From: an uncultured bacterium
GTDB lineage: Bacteria > Krumholzibacteriota > Krumholzibacteriia > Krumholzibacteriales > Krumholzibacteriaceae
Assembly: GCA_965370495.1 (NCBI GenBank)
Contig: CBDUUV010000003.1
Coordinates: forward strand, 1-49,489
Length of the DNA: 49,489 nt
Reading direction: 5' to 3'
Shown: positions 45,019 to 49,489 of the stretch, piece by piece
Position numbering within the stretch: the first letter of the stretch is position 1
Layout of the letters: each line of letters begins with the position of its first letter
Position numbers and translations under genes: made by a program
Notes under the pieces: generated by a model
Databases searched by the model: none
Told to the model about the DNA's origin: nothing
Seen by the model: only the letters and a program-made list of their open reading frames with translations

Positions 45019-45234
45019 ATGAAACGATTTAATGGTATCGGTTCTTTGCTCATGATTCTTGGTGGCTTTTTAATCGTGTCGATTTTGTTCCACCTTTTGA
45101 ACAATCCGGTAGATCGAGTCATATACTACGTGGGGATTCCCGGGATTGTATCTGGCCTGGTAATTTTCTGGATTGGTTTTATTTTGAGCAAGGAAATCAT
45201 CAGGGACAAAGCAAACAGGCACAGGGGCATCTAA
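45019..45234 (+). CDS. Small hypothetical membrane protein with 2 TM helices
   Basis: 71 aa; two hydrophobic segments; AAGGGGG RBS-like sequence. Confidence 0.55.
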   Translation: MKRFNGIGSLLMILGGFLIVSILFHLLNNPVDRVIYYVGIPGIVSGLVIFWIGFILSKEIIRDKANRHRGI

Positions 45235-45431
45235 CTTTCGTATCTGGACTCTGACCTGCCCCCCCCGTTTCTGGTACCGTTTCCCGCCTCGAATTCTGGA
45301 GAAAGCCAGTTGTCATGAATCCGCCGGATTCGACAAGAACCAGAACCTCGTTCCCGACCAAACCGTCCCCGCGGCGGCGGGGGCAAACCACCAGGATATC
45401 GCATCCGGTCTTTACCAATATTTGCTCCCTG

Positions 45432-45466
45432 AAAAAACGGCGGGCCGGAACTGGTTCCAGCCCGCC
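45432..45466 (-). terminator. Intrinsic terminator after the Ig-like lipoprotein gene
   Basis: GGCGGGC..GGAAC/GTTCC..GCCCGCC stem followed by GTTTTTT on the minus strand. Confidence 0.7.
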
Positions 45467-45489
45467 TGCAGGTTCAGACCCCGATTTTT

Positions 45490-47193
45490 TTAATCCATAT
45501 CTTCAAGCATCCATTGTACTATCGAGAGAATATGATCTTCAAACGGATAGTCATCATCCACTTCAATTATCCTCACCGGGCCGACTCCCTCAGCCAGATA
45601 CATTACCTGGTGGACCTCGTCCGTACCGCTCGGGACCCCACCCTCGTACATCTGGACCGTGACACGGAGGTGGTGGATATAACATTCATGGAAGACGCCT
45701 TCCATGAAGGGGGAATTGACCATCACTGTACCCGATTCGATCTCGCATGTGCCCGAGAGCGACAGAACCACTTGATCCTCGATTGTCAACGTGGTAGATA
45801 TCGGCCAGGAATCGCCCGCGTAGGCGGGGACAGGAAGCTTGACGTAGGGCATAGGTTCGTCCCACATCATCGTCTCGTCCAGGATACCTTCATCGTACTC
45901 TTCCCTTCCGACATGATAAACTGTATTGCCGCTGAGCCTGAGGAATGTCTTGTTATCGATCGTCCCGTCGTAACTCTCGATCACTTCCTCGAAGTCTCCC
46001 GTGGACAGGTTGAAATTCATGAGACGCCTCAATATGTCGAACTCGGGCCCTGTGGGTTCCTTCGACGTGGACATATAGGGATATTCCTCGCCGAAGTACC
46101 ATGTATAGTAATACTGGATCGGGTAATACGATGTTTCTCCGGTCGTGGAAAAGTAGTAGTGGGTGGGATTGGGGTCGATAACATTACCGGCCATGTCGGT
46201 GGCGTCTTCGAAATAGACCCAGTAGGTGCATCCGGGAAGAAGTGTACCTGTAAGTGAGATGTCCAGAGCCGAAAAGTCTTCGTTCCAGTCCGGTTCGCTT
46301 GTGAAAAGCTTGACGATCCTCGCGTCTACGTTTTCATCCGGCATGTCGAACTCCGGATACATCGGTTCGCTGAAAGTAAAATTCATGGCCTCTAGCCCGG
46401 TCGATACTCCAGTCTCATGGTTCGACGGCACTGAACTGGCCAGATAAGGCCGCACATTGTCGGCCATCGTAGTAAACGAGAAATTGTAGGACGACTCCAG
46501 GCTGTTTCCTGAAAGGTCCCGGATGCTGGTACTGATCTCTACGCTCACGAGGGTCTCAGTGGGAAACGGATCATGATAGATGAAAACAGAGTTGCCCTGG
46601 AAAGTGAAATATCCATCTTCCGGCATCGGAGTGACTACGATATAATACTGCAGGTCCCAGCCGCCGAACTGGTAGATCGGCTCGCTGAAGACGATCTCCA
46701 GCACTTCGCCCGGATTGACCCCCGTCGAGCCATTCGCGGGGTGTACCGATACCACAACGGGAGGAGTTATGTCGTCAAGAGGAGTCGTTGTAAATGTAAA
46801 AGAAAAATCGGATCCCATCGCGTTGGCAGCAAGATCCTCAGCGCCTCCTCCGATCACGATATTGTAGGTCGTGTTGGCGGAGAGAAGTGTAGTAACCGAG
46901 AAAAACAGGGTGTCACTCTCGTCGTTCCAGTAAAAATCGAAGGGGGCGGAACCGGCGTCGATGTTGTTCTCAACCGTCTCCTCATCCATCGGTTCGCTGA
47001 AGGCGACCCAGAACGGGCCAGTCCTTGATACATCAGTAGCTGTATCAACAGGGTATGTTCCGACGATCGTCGGTGGAGTCGTGTCCGGATCCGGACCGCT
47101 GCTGTCGTCATCGGAACCGGAACATCCGGTCAACGAGATGACGAAAAACAACGAAAGAATAATAACGGTACGGGAAAGAAAACGTGCACTCAT
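45490..47193 (-). CDS. Lipoprotein with three Big_5-type Ig-like domains and an unknown C-terminal domain
   Basis: Lipobox LTGC; three D-x-T-P-P..P..FSEP(M/I)..D(L/M)xGN..FTT repeats; ends YLAEGVGPVRI. Confidence 0.85.
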   Translation of the reverse strand: MSARFLSRTVIILSLFFVISLTGCSGSDDDSSGPDPDTTPPTIVGTYPVDTATDVSRTGPFWVAFSEPMDEETVENNIDAGSAPFDFYWNDESDTLFFSVTTLLSANTTYNIVIGGGAEDLAANAMGSDFSFTFTTTPLDDITPPVVVSVHPANGSTGVNPGEVLEIVFSEPIYQFGGWDLQYYIVVTPMPEDGYFTFQGNSVFIYHDPFPTETLVSVEISTSIRDLSGNSLESSYNFSFTTMADNVRPYLASSVPSNHETGVSTGLEAMNFTFSEPMYPEFDMPDENVDARIVKLFTSEPDWNEDFSALDISLTGTLLPGCTYWVYFEDATDMAGNVIDPNPTHYYFSTTGETSYYPIQYYYTWYFGEEYPYMSTSKEPTGPEFDILRRLMNFNLSTGDFEEVIESYDGTIDNKTFLRLSGNTVYHVGREEYDEGILDETMMWDEPMPYVKLPVPAYAGDSWPISTTLTIEDQVVLSLSGTCEIESGTVMVNSPFMEGVFHECYIHHLRVTVQMYEGGVPSGTDEVHQVMYLAEGVGPVRIIEVDDDYPFEDHILSIVQWMLEDMD

Positions 47194-47324
47194 GATACGC
47201 CCCCTGTCTAAACTTGACAAAAAAACATCCAGAATCTGCCTTTGTCCATTCTTTTTCCATGCAGATTCAATTTTCGTTCCATTGGGAACTGTTCGTCAAG
47301 GGTATTTTTGTCGATTTGTCTGTA

Positions 47325-47651
47325 TTAACGTAATGCCTGTAGTGCTTCCCCCACCAGTGGGGCTAATTCGATGAATTTTTCCAGTTTTTCACATTTGTAA
47401 TCACTACACTCTGCACAATTATTGCTTTTTCTTTCCATATTGCATTTCCTGATTTCGCACATGCTCTCGGTAAAGAAAAATTTCAAACCATCCGATTTAC
47501 AGCCAGTACAATTGATTTGCTCTTGTTTTATATCTGTATTGTATTGAACAGACCATTTTGCTGCCACATCTTTACGTTTTTCTTCGTCGTTTTCTTGAGT
47601 GGCAATATAGCACTCACATTTTGAACAATCCAATCCACAATATGCGATCAT
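47325..47651 (-). CDS. DUF3795 family Cys-rich protein
   Basis: IAYCGLDCSKC, CTGCK, CEIRKC, NCAECSDYKCEKL; AGGAG RBS; AT-rich. Confidence 0.88.
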   Translation of the reverse strand: MIAYCGLDCSKCECYIATQENDEEKRKDVAAKWSVQYNTDIKQEQINCTGCKSDGLKFFFTESMCEIRKCNMERKSNNCAECSDYKCEKLEKFIELAPLVGEALQALR

Positions 47652-47655
47652 GATA

Positions 47656-47816
47656 TCAGCTCCTATCTTTGGATAATGTCTTTTTTCTTTCTTCGGTATA
47701 ATGCCACCATTTTTTCAGAGGCTCTCCTTTCATAAATTTTAATGCCGAGATAAAATTGTTGCCGAGCCAACATCGGGAATGGCTTTGAAATCATTTATTT
47801 CTATTCTGTTTTTCAT
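47656..47816 (-). pseudogene. Internally deleted Cdd1/mitomycin-resistance-like helix-hairpin-helix gene remnant
   Basis: One frame gives MKNRIEINDFKAIPDVGSATI; another gives FISALKFMKREPLKKWWHYTEERKK. These resemble the N- and C-termini of the family, with the middle missing. Confidence 0.6.
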
Positions 47817-47849
47817 TTTTTATTTTGCTTCCATCTAAATATTTTAGTG

Positions 47850-47879
47850 CGCTAACAACTGCGCATCAGCCAGTTAGGT
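47850..47879 (-). mobile_element. Collapsed (internally deleted) integron attC site
   Basis: Minus strand ACCTAAC (holding the upstream TAA stop)-TG-GCTGATGCGCAGTT-GTTAGCG: R'' box plus an attC right arm, only 30 bp. Confidence 0.6.
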
Positions 47880-49081
47880 GGTAGCGCGCACGTACCAGTC
47901 GCGCTTGCCCTCCAAGAAACCCTTGAGCCCCTTACGACGGATGCGCCGAATATTGCGGACAACAGCTGCGCCATGAGCGAACTCAAGTTCGGCCAGCTTC
48001 TCGCATGTCTCGAAGTCATCGCACTCCCAGCACCCAACGCAGGATTTGCGTTCGCAGCACTTCCGAATCTTGCAGTATGGATTGCCACCGCCATCTCGAC
48101 ACCCGCGCTTGCACCGCAGTTTCACCATGTCGCCAAGTGCCGCGTAGCACTCACCGTAGTGACGAAGACCTTCGAAGATGGAAAGCACAGAGAGTGCCTC
48201 GGCGGTCTTATCGAACCGGCTTGCACGAAGCTCATTGCTCAGAACGGTCAGAGGTCGCTGGCACTCCGGAACTTTGAGCTCATTTTTCAACGTGTGTACA
48301 ACGTAGTACATTTCGTCATACATGTCATTGTCCAAGAACGCCCCGATGTATTTATCATATTCTGCTTGCGTCGATGATGATTTTACCTGCACGAATGCTC
48401 GCCTTCCATTCACTGGCATGAGTAAATCAAGGTCGATGTCTTTTTCGGTCTTTCCCAGTACTCCGATTCTCTTCCATCCCGCATTTACAAAAAGTAAGTC
48501 TACGAGCAGTTCGAAATCCTTCCATGTCAAGAGTTTGATGAGTGGTAAAACGGCATCAACCAAGGCTGACAGACGATCTTGAGCTTCTGCGACTTCTGTC
48601 GGGATTTGCCCATTTACGCGCTGTCGGAGATACCGAGATTCTTTGACCCTGCAAATAGTGCCTTGGTACATCTGCACTTTCGTCAGACCCCACTAATCCT
48701 GTCAACAGCAAGAGTACCTCCCGCTGCGTCTGTTGACCTCCATCCATCCTCGATATTTCTGATGCGACTTCCGTCTTCTAGTTGTTCAACTCCCGGCACC
48801 GCAAAACCCCACCAAAGCTTGCGCTGAAAGAACGTAATCCAGAGAACGTGCTCATTCGCCTCGTAGAACGTCTTCACTTGATTGACGATTCCAGTCACGA
48901 CACCTTTCGACTTGCCCTCGCGCTCCAGCCAATTCCGCAGGGAACCATACTGTCCATTCATGCATTGCTTGTGGAACGGGTTATTGAAGCCAAGCCTTAA
49001 AAGGCCATCCTCGATACAGCCCTTCTCCCAGCTACCACCTCGACCGAGCTTTATAAAGTACGCTTTGGCGAATTCAATCAT
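47874..49081 (-). pseudogene. Frameshifted Mrr-like PD-(D/E)xK restriction endonuclease fused in frame to an N-truncated DUF3795 protein
   Basis: ORF 48683-49081 (..DRISG) continues in another frame as LTKVQMYQGTIC across AGTGGGGTCTGACG. WKDFELLVDLLF..DIDL..VQVKS nuclease motif, then a Cys-rich CKRGCR..CKIRKC..CWECDDFETCEKL tail. Confidence 0.75.
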
Positions 49082-49097
49082 TGCTTTACCTTTTGCA

Positions 49098-49199
49098 ACC
49101 TAACGGATTGGGCATAAGCGGCGCGAAACGCTTAAAAATACTTCACTTAGCCCAAAAAGCCGGACGCGTTTCGCGTCCGGCTTGATGCCCGAGTTAGGC
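49098..49199 (-). mobile_element. Integron attC recombination site (102 bp)
   Basis: Minus strand R'' GCCTAAC..GGGCAT(C)AAGC(C)GG(A)CGCGAAACGC-loop-GCGTTTCGCGCCGCTTATGCCC..R' GTTAGGT. Extrahelical bases are on one arm; it lies between two co-oriented ORFs. Confidence 0.88.
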
Positions 49200-49225
49200 G
49201 TATTTTAGTAAGGCACTTCTATTTC

Positions 49226-49489
49226 TTACATTAAAATTTTTTCCATACGTTTAAAAGCAATTTCTGCAATTTCTTGAACTGTCTCTTGGTATGTAATATG
49301 ATTATTTATAAAACATGCTCGTGGGAAATAACTGCAATCTATATCATTTTGGCGTTGTGTCATTCCGGGAACCAGGTTTGCCTCAAGAAAATATGGGCAA
49401 TCATTTTCATCCATAATTATATCTATTCTGCCATAGTCTCTGGCACCTAAAGCAATAAAAGAGCGTTTTGCGATTGAAACAACACTATC
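49226..49489 (-). CDS. 5'-partial D-alanine--D-alanine ligase-like ATP-grasp protein (cassette gene)
   Basis: Open from the window edge: ..ALGARDYGRIDIIMDENDCPYFLEANLVPGM..SYFPRAC. AT-rich and followed by attC. Confidence 0.8.
   Translation of the reverse strand, partial: DSVVSIAKRSFIALGARDYGRIDIIMDENDCPYFLEANLVPGMTQRQNDIDCSYFPRACFINNHITYQETVQEIAEIAFKRMEKILM

Noticed and set aside
48683-48685. TGA as a selenocysteine or readthrough codon
   Set aside because: The downstream coding sequence is in a different frame, so this is a frameshift, not readthrough.
1-49489. rRNA, tRNA, CRISPR array, integrase or transposase genes
   Set aside because: None recognisable; intergenic gaps are short and lack cloverleaf or repeat-spacer patterns.

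Overview
Chromosomal window from a diderm bacterium. It has T9SS-like/FlgD C-terminal sorting domains plus canonical sigma70 promoters and Shine-Dalgarno sites, which suggests a non-Bacteroidota FCB-group lineage such as Krumholzibacteriota or Latescibacterota (inference). 1-10 kb: partial beta-helix surface protein, CDF transporter, DegT aminotransferase, tricorn protease, and a BNR/YCF48 propeller with a sorting domain. 10-17 kb: minus-strand operon of a TonB receptor, two DUF4876-like lipoproteins and an outer-membrane barrel, behind a sigma70 promoter overlapped by a Fur-like box. 17-30.6 kb: four-gene DUF11 operon behind a sigma54-like promoter. Its proteins split the DUF11 fold into an N-terminal 'donor' segment and C-terminally truncated 'acceptor' domains, a pattern that predicts a donor-strand, isopeptide-crosslinked filament (chaperone, shaft, OmpA/barrel base, tip). 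This is the best candidate for an undescribed system. 31-44 kb: mostly housekeeping (pfkA, apgM, trxA, ArsR, dapA, dapB, hom) plus several lipoproteins with degenerate metal sites. 47.3-49.5 kb: end of a decaying integron cassette array, with one intact attC, one collapsed attC, a ddl-like cassette, a frameshifted nuclease fused to a DUF3795 gene, and an internally deleted Cdd1-like gene. No rRNA, tRNA or CRISPR was seen. All family assignments come from motif recognition; no database search was run.
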